Origin: Squalus acanthias | Lineage: Eukaryota | Direction: 5' to 3' | DNA: 64,000 bases | Assembly (NCBI GenBank): GCA_030390025.1 | Contig: CM059432.1 | Location: 44,022,001-44,086,000 of the forward strand | Shown: positions 37,446 through 51,352 of the stretch, piece by piece | Position numbering within the stretch: position 1 is the stretch's first letter | Layout: the number at the start of each line of letters is the position of its first letter | Program-made: the position numbers and the translations under genes | Notes under the pieces: generated by a model | The model's database searches: none | Told to the model about the DNA's origin: nothing | What the model saw: only the letters and a program-made list of their open reading frames with translations

Positions 37446-37749
37446 AATAATATACTTCAAAGTGCCTTTGAACTATGATTATTTCATTTGCAATGTATAG
37501 AATGTCTTTTTGGACCATGTTTATATATTTTGCTTTATGAATAAAGTGTATTAAAAATATACTTTGCCTAACTATTGCTCTTTAGCCAGTAAAATGGAAT
37601 AATAAAACCACAGGCTATTCCACCGCCCTAATAAATGTCTATTTCACAATTTCTAAAAGATACAGTTGTTGGGTATGATTGATCATTCCTCTTCACCCCA
37701 AAGTTAACATAACAGATTCTATCAATTATCCACACTAGTACTGATCAAC

Positions 37750-38585
37750 CACCACCAACAACAACTTGTATTTATACAGCGCCTTTAATGTAGTAAAACA
37801 TCCTGAGACGCTTCACAGGAGTACAAGACAAAAATCTGACACCGAGCCACATAAGGAAAAATTAGGGCAGATGACCAAAAGCTTGGTCAGAGAGGTAGGT
37901 TTTAAGGAGCGTCTTAAAAGGAGGAAAGAGAGGTAGATAGGCAGAGAGATTTAGGCAGGGAATTCCAGAGCTTAGGGCCTCGGCAACAGAAGGCACAGCC
38001 ACCAATGGTTGAGCAATTATAATCAGGGATGCTCAAGAGGGCAGAATTAGAGGAGCGCAGATATCTTGGGGGTTTTTGGGGCTGGAGGAGATTACAGAGA
38101 TAGGGAGGGGCGAGGCCATGGAGGGATTTGAAAACAAAGATGAGAATTTTGAAATTAAGGCGCTGCTGTGCCCTTGTCACCATCATAACAGACATGGTCA
38201 GTTCTAAACAGGACCGTGCGTGTGTATATTTTTGTATAAAGCAAGAATTGCTTTGGGTGAAAAAGCTATCCCCAACAAAAGCAACCCTTTCCCTACCCTA
38301 ACCCATTTGAAGTAACACCACTCAGTTTTTATATGTCTTAGGGGCCTGCTGTGCACTAAATTAATATTAAATGAAAAGTAAAATTTGGCAATAACCAGGA
38401 GCCAATGTAGGTCAGCGAGCACAGGGTGATGGGTGAACGGGACTTGGTGCGAGTTAGGACACGGGCAGCCAAGTTTTGGATGACCTCAAGTTTACACAGG
38501 GTAGAACATGGGAGGCCAGCCAGGACTGCGTTGGAATGGTCAAGTCTAGAGGTAACAAAGGCATAGATGAGGGTTTCAACAGCTT
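37750..38585 (-). mobile_element. L2-type LINE 3' fragment interrupted by an inverted local duplication (38165-38393)
   Basis: Peptide QRLNFKILIFVFKSLHGLAPPYL...GPKLWNSLP and (CAA)n tail. Confidence 0.85.
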
Positions 38586-38929
38586 TCTTCCCAAGCTCAG
38601 CATCTGAACACGATTGTTAGTAACCAAATTAGTATATTGCCAAATTTTACTTTTCATTTAATAAAATTAATTTAGTGCACAGCAGGCCCTTAAGACATAT
38701 AAAAACTGAGCGGTGTTACTTCAAATGGGTTAGGGTAGGGAAAGGGTTGCTTTTGGAGGGAATAGCTTTTTCACCCAAAGCAATTCTTGCTTCATACAAA
38801 AATATACACACACACGGTCCTGTTCAGAACTGGCCATGTCCGTTATGATGGTGACAAGGGCACAGCCATCATTTTAAGGCCAAAGTTAACATTTTATAGA
38901 GCCATCATTCCATTCCCTGGAAGCAAACT

Positions 38930-39530
38930 CCTGAACCGGCGGGGGCGACATGCAGGAAACTCCAGCGCTAAGGACACGATCCCTCAGCAACAGCTCGATC
39001 CGAGATCAGATCAAGGGAAGTGGCTGAGCAACGACAGGAGGTTATGCAGAGCAAGTGCTTCCCGGAGGAGAGCGGCCGCTGCCCGGGGACGGGACCCCAC
39101 TGTCGGCTCGGCTCGGCCCCTCCGACCGCCAGAAGAAGTGACGGTGCAAATTAATCCAGCCCTTCGATATCCGCGAGCATCGCTCTTCGGCACAAACCCA
39201 ACCGCGCCTTTAAATTCCAGCAACAACTCTGCTGCAAAAATGCAACGAGCCGCGCACACGTTTGCCAGGCGGGAGGCGGGCTTTTTCTCCCTTTGCTGCT
39301 CAGTTTTCGCGCGTACCCTGCAATTCTTTCTTTTCCTTGCGGTGCTTTTTAAAAAGCATATCCTCCTCCGTTTCTATTTCTTCCATGGTATTTGCGGCAA
39401 CCGACTCTGAACTCCTCTGCGGCCTGTGAACACAAAACCGCCAAGCACCTTCCTTTTCGGCAGCAGTCACCAGCCCCTTTCCCCTTTCAACTCTAACCTC
39501 AATAGTAATTAAAGCTGCGCCGTACAGGAT
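38930..39530. promoter_or_regulatory. CpG island / promoter region of OTUD6B
   Basis: CpG- and GC-rich stretch covering exon 1 and the start of intron 1. Confidence 0.7.
39317..39386 (-). CDS. OTUD6B: OTUD6B exon 1 (70 nt, ATG at 39386)
   Basis: MEEIETEEDMLFKKHRKEKKELQ(A)|gtacgc with Kozak ACCATGG. The seven exons sum to 879 nt (292 aa + stop) with consistent phases. Confidence 0.93.
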
Positions 39531-40962
39531 ACTTGTTAAACTGTCACTAAAAGCACCGTTACAGTATCTAGTTCATTAAGTCTACTTTTGTTGGAAGATT
39601 AAATCCTGACATCAATTACTGGACCAAAAAGCAACCCTCTTACAAAATTGTGAATGAGCACCTTTAAATACTTCAAATTCAGTTAGCCCCGAGTTGATTG
39701 GTTTATTGTGATATTTGGAAGATGCACAACCCTTATGCAACAGGGGTCTACCATCTTCACAGACCAATAACCCCTTCCCGTTGCTCTTTTCATTACCAAC
39801 TTTATATGGAATGCTCGACACAGTTGGATGAAACTTGTAGAAGCATATCAATAATTTATGATTCCAATAAATAACACATAATTAGGCCTGTTTCATCAGT
39901 TTGCATTGACTCCAGGTGAATAGGGCAACTTCAGTAAAAAATATTTTTATATATCTACAAAGTATTATCTTAAGTTTGTAGCAGGTAACCCATTTGATAC
40001 ATAGTTAGGTAGCAATTGGAGTTAACGCCTCATGAATATATTTTTAAAAAGGCAAGAAAAGACCATTGGACTCAACAAGTTTGCCCCATCCATTAAGTGG
40101 TGTATAATTGCGCACCAGTCGCCCATTTCCAATAATGCTATTTCCTGGGGGGAGAGCGAAAGAAAGAAGTGGCACTTATTAAGCCGCTTCATGTTCTGAG
40201 GACGTCCCAAAACGCTTTACGACCAATGGACTACTCTAGGAAAATAGAACATAGGAACAGAAGTAAGCCATTCAGGCCTCAAGCCTATTCCACAAAAATT
40301 GCAATGACAGACACACAGAGGCTGTCCCATTTATATTACAGAGAGACACACACAGCCTCTAAACACTGAAGTGTTATGTAGGTAAACACGATAACCAAAT
40401 TGCACACAGTAAGGCCCCACAAACAGCATACTAATAAATGAGCAGATGTTCTGTTTTTTGCTGGTGTTGATGTTGGAACGACAAAAGAAAGCATTAAAAA
40501 AAATTGGCCAATTCAGGGAAAACTCTGGGAATTTTCTCTCTGACTTCATAAGACAAATAAGCAAGTTCCAGGAGACGGCAGTTGCCCAAGATGCTTCACA
40601 AACTAGTCTTCTGCAGTGGAACGGTGCTTAAAGGGTGTGGGAAGAACAGGAGATTCTGTTGTTTTCTTATTTCACATGCAAAAGCAATCCTTTTCTCAAC
40701 AAATGACAATGATTACAGTTCAAGATTTTTTTGATATTTTTTCCACAGAAAGGATTTGGAAAAAGAGTTATTTTAATATTGGGATATAAACAAAATTTGT
40801 CTTCACTTGAGTTTATAAAGAAGGGTACCCAGGTGAAGGGGTGTTAATATGCTGAATTGAGGTTAATTTTCCCAGAGTCTAAACAATAGTTTGCCTGGGT
40901 AATCAGGAAAGTGTAGTGTGTTTGTAGATTAATAGTGGTTGAGAGTTCAGTTTGGAGCTGTT

Positions 40963-43900
40963 GGGCTCGATTTTAATTCCCGAGGCGGGTTGAAGTCAGG
41001 TTGCGTGGTGGATGGGTTCCGGAGCCGCTTCTGGCGGGATCAGCTGCTGATGTCCGATTTTGATTCAATGAGCTTGTTGATTTCAATGATGCCGCTGGCC
41101 GGTCCAATGAGTGGGATTGGGTCGGCTGGCCGCCTCTGATGATGCCATCATAGCAGCTGCTTTTAAAGCTGCCATTCAGCCTAAGCCTTTCTCTTGTGGA
41201 TTCCTGGACTTGATTTATACGTAATTACTTCTTCCAGAGGCAAGGCAGCTCCTCGTTTTAATGATGACTCTCTCCATGTTCTTGTGGATGCTGTCAGAGG
41301 GCGCAGGGAGATACGCTTCCCTCCTGATGGCCGGAGGAGCCTCCTCAGCAGACCAAGGCAGCCTGGCTGCGCATTACTCAGGAGGTGAGTGCAAGTTCCA
41401 CATATGCACGGTCATGGATCCAGTGCCGAAAAAGGTTTAATGATCTTGTGCGAACATCAAAAGTGAGTATCGCATCACACTTGCCTTCAATCTGCTTCTC
41501 TTCTCTTCACCAGCACTCTGCATTCTAAGCCTCCTCCTTCACATCCCACCTTACTCTTACTTCCCTTGCACCCTTATCTCTGTCTCTGCACTGAATCACT
41601 TCACCATCCTGCTTATGCAGCCCTTAGACTCGCTCTCACTGTCATGCAGTGACAACAACTAACAACGCACAGGGAGCTAGTTTCCTCTTGGCACCTTACC
41701 CCATTTTCATCTCCCTCAAAGCTTCTATGGTAGGGATTATTGACCCTCACTGCATCACTGTGGCGGAAACACCGCTTGTGTCCCTCCTTGCAGGAAAAGA
41801 TAGCCCACAATAAGAGGGAGAGAGCAATGACTGGAGGAGGAACACCTACCCTAGCCACATTGACCAGTGCTGAGGAGGCTGCAAACGAGATTGTTGGCGG
41901 TGGCGAGGACTTGGAAGTGGGCGATGGAGGGACGGGCACACTAGAGGAAGCTGGTGACAAAATAGAGTTTCATCTCTCTCAGAATGCAATGGCATATGAT
42001 GTTCATAGAGATTCGCGTTGTATCATCTGCTCAAAGGATGTGTCGGCTACATCAATATCAGATATCTAAATCATGCTTTTACTCTCCCACAGGACCATCG
42101 AGTGCCCCCCTCCCCACGATCCAGGACGAAGAACCGGACAACTCCTCAGAGGAACCTGAAGCCTCTGAGGGAGCAGCGTCACCAGGACTCAGCGCACCCA
42201 GCACCAGCGCAGCAACGCACACCTCGGTGGGGCCCTCGCGAGTTAGAGTAGTGTTGCCACCTGGTCTATCACAGTGCACAAGTGAGCATCAGCAGATGGT
42301 GGAGACAGCGACAGCAGTGGAAAGTCCTTGACGGAGGTCACAGGACTCTCCTAGCTCTGCTGAGCTGCATGCAGACACTGTGCCTCTGGGGCTATCCAGA
42401 AAAAGAGCGTCTCGGGAAATACAGGAACAAGTGCAGGTGTCTCTGGAAGGGTTTGCCTCCAGGGTTAGTGCGAGTGTGGAGAGAATGGAGGAGTCCATCT
42501 GTAACATCAGCACTGCCGTGGTGGAGGCAATGGTGCATGAATGCACCAGCATGGATAGGATGGCAACCTCCATGGAAAGGCTGGCTACCTCAGTGGAAAG
42601 GATGGCTACGGCTATGGAGGAAATAAGTCGCCAGAGTCAGGAAAACATGGTGACTGTTCAAAATAGAATGTCATCTCTGGAGGAGCGATGGGCAGCTATT
42701 GAGCGGAGAGACCGGAACTTTATGGACGTCCTTTTGATGAGGACTGCCAGTGCAGATACTGGTCCTCATGGTCCCCCTGAAGTGCAGCAAGGTGCTCTCC
42801 AGCCACTTGCCAGCACTGAGGTGTGGCTGACCCATGAGAGGGATGTTGTTGGCAGGACAGAAGGAAGTGTGGGCTCCTCTCAAAGCGCACACATGACCAT
42901 GCCACTGCAGAGCCCTTGGTCAGAGACCCATCTTGCGGAGACAACTGAGATGGCCGTTTAAGCCCCTGCACAGCCGCAGGAAGAGCAGACTGTTGAAGAG
43001 CCCTCCCAGGCTCCCAAACCCAGAGGACGCCCGCCAAAGGCATCTGAGCAGGCACAGCATCCTAGTCAGCAAGGTGCCTCTACATCTGCTGAAGCCACAG
43101 GGGAAGCACCACGTAGAAGCACGCGTAAGAGAAAGATTAAGCACCTATAGTCACAAGGGGAGTCACTTGGGTGACTTATCTTTTTTTTCTGACTATTGCT
43201 GGTTTATTATCCTTTTGTGATGTTTAAAAGAAAAATTATGTCAACCAGTTGATTGTATGGCCTATGTGTTATGGGAAATGGCAAAAGCGCATTAAGTGCT
43301 CAGGGCGACTTGCTTTTGTAATGCTGATGGTAAAAGTGACAGGAAATAACAGGGTATAGCAGAGATGATGTATGACGTTGGACAAGTGTCGCCTGCAATT
43401 ACAGAGCCATATGGTGGCCACCTATGGTTGAAGAGTAAGATTATGCTAATGTGGCATGGCAGTGTGCATACCCTGCTTGACGGGCAGCAGTCAACTGGAG
43501 GGATGCTGCATTGGTCACAACAGGGCATGTAAGGCGCCCCTCGTCCTCCTCCTACTCCTCTTCCCAGGAAGATCTGCGCTGAGCCAGGCGGCTGCTACTC
43601 CCCCGATTATAAGGACCAGGATGAGAGGGCATAAATGTTTCCCATCCCCTTGCTATAGATTTCATTTGAGGCAACAAGCTTGCAAGCGCACAGTCAAAAT
43701 GGCCTGAAATTATTCCATTCATGTCACACTGCAGATGGGTGTCAGCTTGAACAGTCACAAGGTCAGTAGATGTGCAAAATCTTATCCCATACCTACAACC
43801 GCAAAGCTGTTGCATTTGAATTTCCGCCATGTTTCAGGGGCGCTTTTAATGCGCTCCACCAATGCATACAAATCATGTCCTCCAGCAGCTCGTCTCCTTG

Positions 43901-44185
43901 AACCTGGCCTGTTTCTGACAAGTCGGGAAACAGGAGCCAGAAGCCCGAAAATGGGAAACCACTATGAAAATAGGATTAGCAAGGCAGTTAACAGGCTGTT
44001 AACTGCCTTAACTACCTGTCCTACTGGTTCCAGTTGGGTCAGTTTGGGAGCGGCTGAACAGACACTCACAAAATTTGGGTGGGGGGTGGGATGGAGACGG
44101 GTTGGGTGTCTGAAGCCATTTTTTCCGATTTTCGCAACAGACCCGCCTCCAAACCCATCTCCTCAAGGCTATTAAAATCGAGCCC
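40963..44185 (+). mobile_element. Non-autonomous PIF/Harbinger-type DNA transposon, copy 1
   Basis: Perfect 15-bp TIR GGGCTCGATTTTAAT / ATTAAAATCGAGCCC and 3-bp TSD GTT on both sides. Contains a Myb/SANT-like gene on plus and a transposase stub on minus. Confidence 0.85.
41224..43150 (+). pseudogene. Harbinger Myb/SANT-like DNA-binding protein gene (NAIF1/MSANTD-like), 3 exons: ~41224-41462, 41794-41953, 42093-43150; disrupted
   Basis: APRFNDDSLHVLVDAV..AWLRITQEV..RSWIQCRKRFNDL |GT..AG| EKIAHNKRERAMTGGG |GT..AG| ..MERLATS heptads..KPRGRPPK..RKRK. Start codon is ATT, with one frameshift and two in-frame stops (42329, 42959). Confidence 0.8.
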
Positions 44186-45592
44186 GTTGTCTCTGTGCCA
44201 AGAATTAAGGTTCTAAATGCAGATTCTTAGTTTTACAGATTTTATTAAATACTCACAGACAACACACACAACAATTTGCTGTTGCTGAGTTCAGTCACAG
44301 GGTGATTAGCCATCTGGGTCTTCCCTAACTTTCTTACAATGATCTCGCTTTTTAAGCTCAGCTAATAAGGCATAATATCATACCTCCCACATGACCTTCA
44401 CTCTTGTTTTACACTAACTTACAACAGCTCAGCATTCCAGAGAATGGGTTTCATAACAAAAACTGTCCTTACTTGTACAGAAATGGTAAACATATAGTCA
44501 TAGATGTATCTATTAAAAGATTAGAACTACACAAGGCTATTTTGTATGATGGCAATCAGTACAGCCTTGGAGATTTGAGCTGATTTATTGACATTCTACA
44601 GATATCGCCTGTTTCAACAATTCTGCAAAAACTCTCTCTTAACTACAAAATTGAGTTGTGAACATAAAATGGATTATTTAATACAACCTTTCCTGCTAGC
44701 GTTTCTAACAGTGTTCATTGTTTTAATGTTATGTGAAGACAATTTGCATTGACAAAAATAAGCAAATATGATCAGAACTGTTACCCTGAATGTACATCTG
44801 TTGGAAATGTATAGCAGCTTAACATTTTGCATCAAGTCTTGTATCACCAAATATTCATTCAAACTGCCTTCAGACCTACTGAAGAAATATACGTGTGAAA
44901 GTCACAAATATCCAGTCCAGATCACAAGGGAATGCTATTGTTATATCCTTGGGTTATGTTATCACGACTGATGCCTCTGCCCCAAAAGAATAATGTGACA
45001 AATTAGGAGAATTTTCTTTTTTACACAGAGACATGGAATGCCTGCCAGAAACAGTAGTGGAAGCAGAATTCATAATAGCTTTCAAAAGGGAATTGGATCA
45101 AAGCCCATTACCTGAGGCTGAGGCTAATTCTTTGTTTGTGCCAAGGTGTTTTGGGACCACCCCAGCAGACATGCTTATCCACAGAAACATGATCCATTCC
45201 CCTTTGAAGTTATACTACAATAAAAGGTGACCTTTCCCTTATCAATTTTAAATGGATCATTAATCTCTGACAGTGGCAAGGCTGGTTCTCACCCCCCGCC
45301 CCCCCCCCCCCCAAATGTGATGTAATTGTAGTTAAGGCAGTTAAGAGCCTGTTAACTGTAAATATGTTCAGGAATTTCCTTGGAGCTGCTCTTGCTCTGC
45401 TGCTTTGCTTACTTTTCCAGAATTGCGACAGAAACCTTGTTTACCCAAATAAATGGGATTTCTGGTGAAGTTAGAATTCCAGGCCTATAAGTCTTCGCGC
45501 TCAGCCTGCATTAACATATGAGAACATTTTTGTTTTTCACAGAGATCACACTGATCACTGATGCATGTTAATTAATCTTTGTGTGTCATAAT

Positions 45593-46820
45593 GGCCCAGA
45601 ATTTTCTGAAAAAATAATGGCGTAATGAACGACGCACGCAGTTATTAATGCGCAAATCAGCTAGCAACTTTTGGCGAGGAAGAGATACCCCATGAATTGC
45701 GAATCACCACAAGAAGCTCGACACCATCCAGGACAAAGCAACCCGCTTGATTGGCACCCCATCCACCACCTTAAACATCCACTCCCTCCACCACCGGCGT
45801 ACCGTGGCTGCAGTGTGTACCATCTACAAGATGCACTGCAGCAACTCGCCAAGACTTCTTCGGCAGCACCTCCCAAACCCGCGACCTCTTCCACCTAGAA
45901 GGACAAGGGCAGCAGGTGCATGGGAACACCACCACCTCCAAATTCTCCTCCAAATCACACACCATCCTGACTTGGAAGTATATCGCCGATCCTTCATCGT
46001 CGCTGGGTCAAAATCCTGGAACTCTCTCCCTAACAGCACTGTGGGAGTACCCTCACCACACGGACTGCAGCGGTTCAAGAAGGCGGCTCACCACCACCTT
46101 CTCAAGGGCAATTAGGGATGGGCAATAAATGCTGGCCTTGCCAGTGACGCCCAGATCCCCATAAGCGAATTTAAAATAAAGCTGCTGACCAATTTGTGAC
46201 GTTCCGCCATTAGCTTTGCAGAAGCGGCATATTGTCCTTAACCTCCCTGTGATTTTCATGAAGTTGCTGCATTTGCTCATTAATTGCCCATTAAACTCGC
46301 CACAGAAAATTAAGTTTAGTAATGAACAGCGTAAGTACCTTTTTAACAACATGATAATTGTTATTGACGGTCAATCACCCTCTCTTGACCAGAAAGTGAA
46401 CAATTATAAGTGTGGCATCTCATTCCTTCAGGTTGTGAATTGTTGTTGGTGATTTAAAAAATGTCAAATTTAAAATTTTTACATTTTGTTTTCTTCTCTT
46501 TATTCTCTCTCTTAATCCAATCTTACTTTTCCTCTCTTTATTTCTCTTTTTGTACCTGATTTGACATTGAATTCACCCACTCTAATTAACCATCCTGCTC
46601 AGTCCTACCCCTGTTCATTTCTCAATTCTTTAACCTCATTGGTTATACACTGTTTGTCCTGTTGCTCACCAAGGTCCTAGATGCCCTATTGCCATCTCCA
46701 CGCCGTTACCAGATCACTCTTCAGGAAACTTTGTGGGCAAATTTTTTTTGAACTGAAGGGTGCAGGGACAAGTCTAACAAGGCATGCTGTAAGATGGCTC
46801 GCTCCAGCAAATTCTGGCCC
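45593..46820. mobile_element. Non-autonomous DNA transposon (GGCCCAGAATTT-type TIR) with a nested LINE 3' fragment at ~45715-46175 (+)
   Basis: Ends GGCCCAGAATTTTCTG / CAGCAAATTCTGGCCC. Nested ORF2 C-terminus LHHRRTVAAVCTIYKMH..SWNSLP..FKKAAHHHL. Confidence 0.65.
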
Positions 46821-47119
46821 ATCGTAATGGGTATTTTTTGTGCTTGCAACCCCAGCTCACAAAAAAACACAATTAACCCTGTCTGTATTGTTTCTCTTAA
46901 TAAGACTATACAAGTTAAAAATTCAACACAGGCAAAAAGTAAATTATTGTCACAGACTCACATTATAAAAAGGACATTAAAGCCATAAAGTATACATTCA
47001 TCAGGATGATATAAAAAATTAGTATAGTTATGAGGCAAGATTTGAGATACTGTAATTATTTTCATTGGAGCAGAGACAGCTAAAAAATTGAGGTTTTAAA
47101 AATGGATAAATGTGACGCT

Positions 47120-47478
47120 GCACAAAATTAAAATTAGTTTTTCAGGGCCATAACTTTTGTTTAGTAGTCAATACGCTGATAAAACCCCAGTTACACCTAA
47201 TCCCTTTGGGTCTAATTTTTAATGGGGTATTTAACAGCATAATTACTGTGGAATAGCCGAAGTTTACATCAGTTTCCATGATTGGAGAGATTTCACTGAT
47301 TGCTGGCTCCGATTGCAGGCTGCACTGTGCCCTCTTGGGGGGCGGGGCACAGTGCAGCCTGTGGAGGAGCAGTGAATGACAGACCGCAACTTCAGGATTT
47401 CCGCATTAGTCTGCGTATGCGCTAAATCCTTAAATTGTGGTCAGTTTCAAAGGCGTTCAGGACCGCAAATTCTGGGCC
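47120..47478. mobile_element. Truncated second copy of the 33557-34976 MITE family
   Basis: Colinear similarity to 34590-34976, including the internal hairpin and the terminal GCAAATTCTGGGCC. Confidence 0.7.
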
Positions 47479-48344
47479 ATTGTACCAAAAGCTTACACAG
47501 TAGTGTAGAAATTGGTTTCTATGCTTTATAATCCCATAAATAGTAAACAGCATATAGAACAATTTTAAGAGAAAAATGTGCATAGGATTTGTTGAAATAA
47601 TGAAAGGAAAAGCTATGCAGAGAGTGCTTTTGGGGACAGTTTTAACTACATTCTTGAGTACATCAACACAATTAAACAGTGACTAAGCGTGAAGGAAAAT
47701 TGATCCCCAGAGAAATTAAGTTACTATTTATAAATGTTAAAGCTGTATTGAATGTCTACAGATAGAATGAATCATGAATACTCTACACAGAGGATGAAGA
47801 TCATTACCAGATCATAAGATTTACTTAAACTATACTTGATCTGTAACCATTACTTCCATTAGTTATTATAATGACAAATGTACGGAAGGAAAGACGATGT
47901 TACAAAGGTGTGTAATTTTGAGCTATTCTTTGAATGTATGAATCTATTAATATATTAAACATTTGAATCACCACGCACTTCCTGTCAAATTTTTCCATTA
48001 TAAATTTTTAGGTCCACATTTATATTGGAATCCGAATGGGGGGTTGTAATTACAAATTGCCAAGTTTACATAGGTAGCTTCCATTTTAAGTGTGGACATA
48101 GGAATTTATAATACAAATATATAAAAATAGGAACAGAATGTATGACTTTCAAATGACTGAATTACATCTATGCACTCTGGTTATTCTTCAACCCCACTTC
48201 AGGTGATACCCCGTGTGCAATGTCATGAGAGGCTGACTAGTTATTATGCAAGCTTCAAAATGCAATACTTAAAAATGAGTTTTTATAACAAAGTTCTCTT
48301 TGAATTATTCTTCAGTTCTATTTAAAGCAAGAATCCAGGACAAC

Positions 48345-48880
48345 AACAACAGCAATAACAACTTGCATTTATTTATATAGCACCTTTAACGTAGTAAAAT
48401 GTCCTTAGGTGTTTCACAGGAGCGTTATCAAACAAAATTTGACACTGAGCCACATAAGGAGATATTAGGACAGGTGACCAAAAGCTTGGTCAAAGAGGTA
48501 GGCTTTAAGGAGGAGAGAGTTAGGGAAGTTTAGGGAAGGAATTCCAGACTTTAGGGCCTAAGCAGCTAAAGACATGGCCACCAATGGTGGAGCAATGAAA
48601 ATTGGGGATGTGCAAGAGACCAGAACTGGAGGAGCGCAGAGATCTCAGAGGGTTGTAGGGCTGGAGAGAAGATTGCAGAGATAGGGGCGGCAAGGCCATG
48701 GAGGGATTTAAACATGAAGATGAGAATTTTAAATTTGAGGTATTGGTGGACTGGGAGCCAATGTAGGTGAGTGGGACTTGGTATAGGTTAGGATACGGGC
48801 ATCAGAGTTTTGGATTAGCTCATGTTTACGGAGGGTGCAAAGCCAGGAGAGCATTGGAATAGTCAAATCTAGAGATAAAC
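48345..48880 (-). mobile_element. L2-type LINE 3' fragment
   Basis: Same tail as 37750-38160 and 59600-60190. Confidence 0.85.
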
Positions 48881-49794
48881 AGATACTTGGTTTGTGGGGA
48901 TGTGGATGAGAGTGCCAAGGGATGTATTAATTGTAAGCAGTAATTGTGGGGAAACAATGATTACCCAGGCAGCTGTGGGAGGCACCAATCATAGGAGAGA
49001 GGCCTAGCAGCCACAAAAGACATAACCTGCAGTGTCTGCAACACTGAGCAGCCAGTAAACAACTTTACATCAGCCCAAAACATTTCTGAAAATATTAAAT
49101 TTCAGGCTCACCCAGTAAAGAAAACTTATGCTTAAAGTTGCAGGCAGTAGAGAAGGAAATAGCTGTCAATTAAAACAAGGTACATACTAAGTTTTTATTA
49201 CGGTGCAATAATATTGTGCATTGGTGGTAACAAAACAATCACTAACTTTTGTTCATGTTCCTAAAATGACTTCTTGGAATAACGTACATTAATACACAGA
49301 CCCTGTGTTAACTTTTTTTTTGCCTGTTAAAGTCTCATGAACTGGATTTAAAATCACTTAGGCATAATTTCAATCACACATTGCATCAATGAGATATCAA
49401 ATAAGAGTGAACATTCAAGCAGTAGAAATATTAGAGTAAGGGAGCAGACATGGAACAGAGCAAAACAGGAATTGCTGATCAGAGGCACAGAACATATAGC
49501 AACATGCCTCAAGTATGCTGGACATGTTGGAAGAAGAGGAGCAGCAGGAAATAAGAGACAGGATGGTCCAAGTCCATTAAAGGAGAATCATCAGAGCTTA
49601 TTACCACCCCAGGTGGTATGTCCACTGCAGGTTATAGGGATACCTGAACTTCACCAAAGAGTGTTGTGTGAGAAAGCTATTCAAGAATTGTGCCATATTT
49701 TTCAGACCTGCAGCCATTGAGCAACATCAGCAATGTGCTATCAGTTGCAAGAAATGAGACAACAGCACTCATTTATATGCCATAGACTCCTTAG

Positions 49795-51352
49795 AAACAT
49801 AGGAATAGGAATAGACCATTTAGCCGCTCGAGCCTGTTCTGTCACTCAATAAAATCATGGCTGATCTGTGCCCTAACTCCATATCCCTTAATACCTTTGG
49901 TTAACAAAAATCTATTAATCTCAGATTTAAAATTAACAATTGACCTAGCATCAACTGCTGTTTGTAAAAGAGAGTTCCAAACTTCTACCATCCTTTGCGT
50001 GTAGAAGTATTTCCTAATTTCACTCCTGAAAGACATGGGCCTAATTTTTAGGTTTTGTCCCCAAGTTCTAGACTTTCCAACCAGCGGAAATAGTTTCTCT
50101 CTACTCTATCAGTTCCCCTTAATATCTTGAAAAGTTATCCCTTAAATTACACCTTAACCTTCTAAATTCCAAGGAATACAACCCTTGTTTGTGTAATCTC
50201 TCCTTGTAATTTAACCCTTGGATTCCAGGTATCATTCTGGTAAATCTACGCTGCACTCCCTCCAAGACCAATATATCCTTCCTAAGGTGTGGTGCCCAGA
50301 ACTGCTCACAGTACTCCAGGTGTGGACTAACCCTTGTATAGCTGCAGCATAACTTCTACCCCCTTGTATTTTAGTCCTCTAGATATAAAGCCCAGCATTC
50401 CATTAGCCTTTTTGATTATTTTCTGTATCTGTTCATAACATTTTAATGATCTATGTACATGGACCCCTAAGTCTCTTTGGACCTCCACTGTTTCTAGCTT
50501 TTCACCATTTAGAAAGTACTCTGATCTATCCTTTTTAGGTCCAAAGTGGATGACATCACATTTGCCTACATTGAAATCAATTTGCCATAGTTTTGCCCAT
50601 TCACTTAATCTATTAATATCTCTTTCTAATTTTATGCTTCCATCTACACTGCTTACAATGCCACCTATCTTTGTGTCATTGGCAATCTTGGATATGTGAC
50701 TTTCTATCCCATCATTTAAGCCATTCATAAATACGGTGAATAGTTGAGGCCCCAGAACAGATCCCTGTGGGACACCACTAGTCACATCCTGCCAATTAGA
50801 GTACCTGCCCATTATCCCTACTCTCTGTCTCCTGCCGCTCAGTCAATTTTCTAATCAAGTCAATAAGTTGCCTTCAATTCTATAAGCTTCAATTTTAGCT
50901 AACTGTCTCTTATGAGGGATTCTATCGAATGCCTTCTGGAGGTCCATATAAATAACATCCATAGACATTCCCCTGTCCATTACTTTAATCACCTCTTCAA
51001 AAAATTCAATCAGGTTCGTCAGGCATGACCTACCTTTTACTAATCCATGCTGGCTCTCTCTGATCAGCTGAAAATTTTCAAGGTGTTCAGTCACTCTATC
51101 CTTAATTATAGATGCTAGTAATTTCCCGACAACAGATGTTAGGCTAACTGGTCTATAATTCCCTGGTTTCCCTCTCTCACCTTTCTTAAATAGCGGAGTG
51201 ACATATGCAATTTTCCAATCTAAAAGAACGATTCCTGAATCAAGAGAACTTTGGAAGATTATAGATAGGGCATCTGCAATGTGCTCACCTACTTCCTTTA
51301 AAATCCAGGGATGGAAACCATCTGGTCCTGGGGATTTGTCACGCTTTAGTGC
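49795..51352 (-). mobile_element. CR1 LINE, 5'-truncated RT fragment
   Basis: [46 protein letters not shown]1 tail at 49795. Confidence 0.92.

Noticed and set aside
38787..39410. 207-aa plus-strand ORF over the OTUD6B CpG island
   Set aside because: No recognisable domain; explained by GC-rich, stop-poor sequence antisense to exon 1.
41224..43150. Domesticated host gene (NAIF1/MSANTD-like)
   Set aside because: Enclosed by TIRs and a TSD, present twice in the window, and carrying stops and frameshifts, so these copies are transposon pseudogenes.
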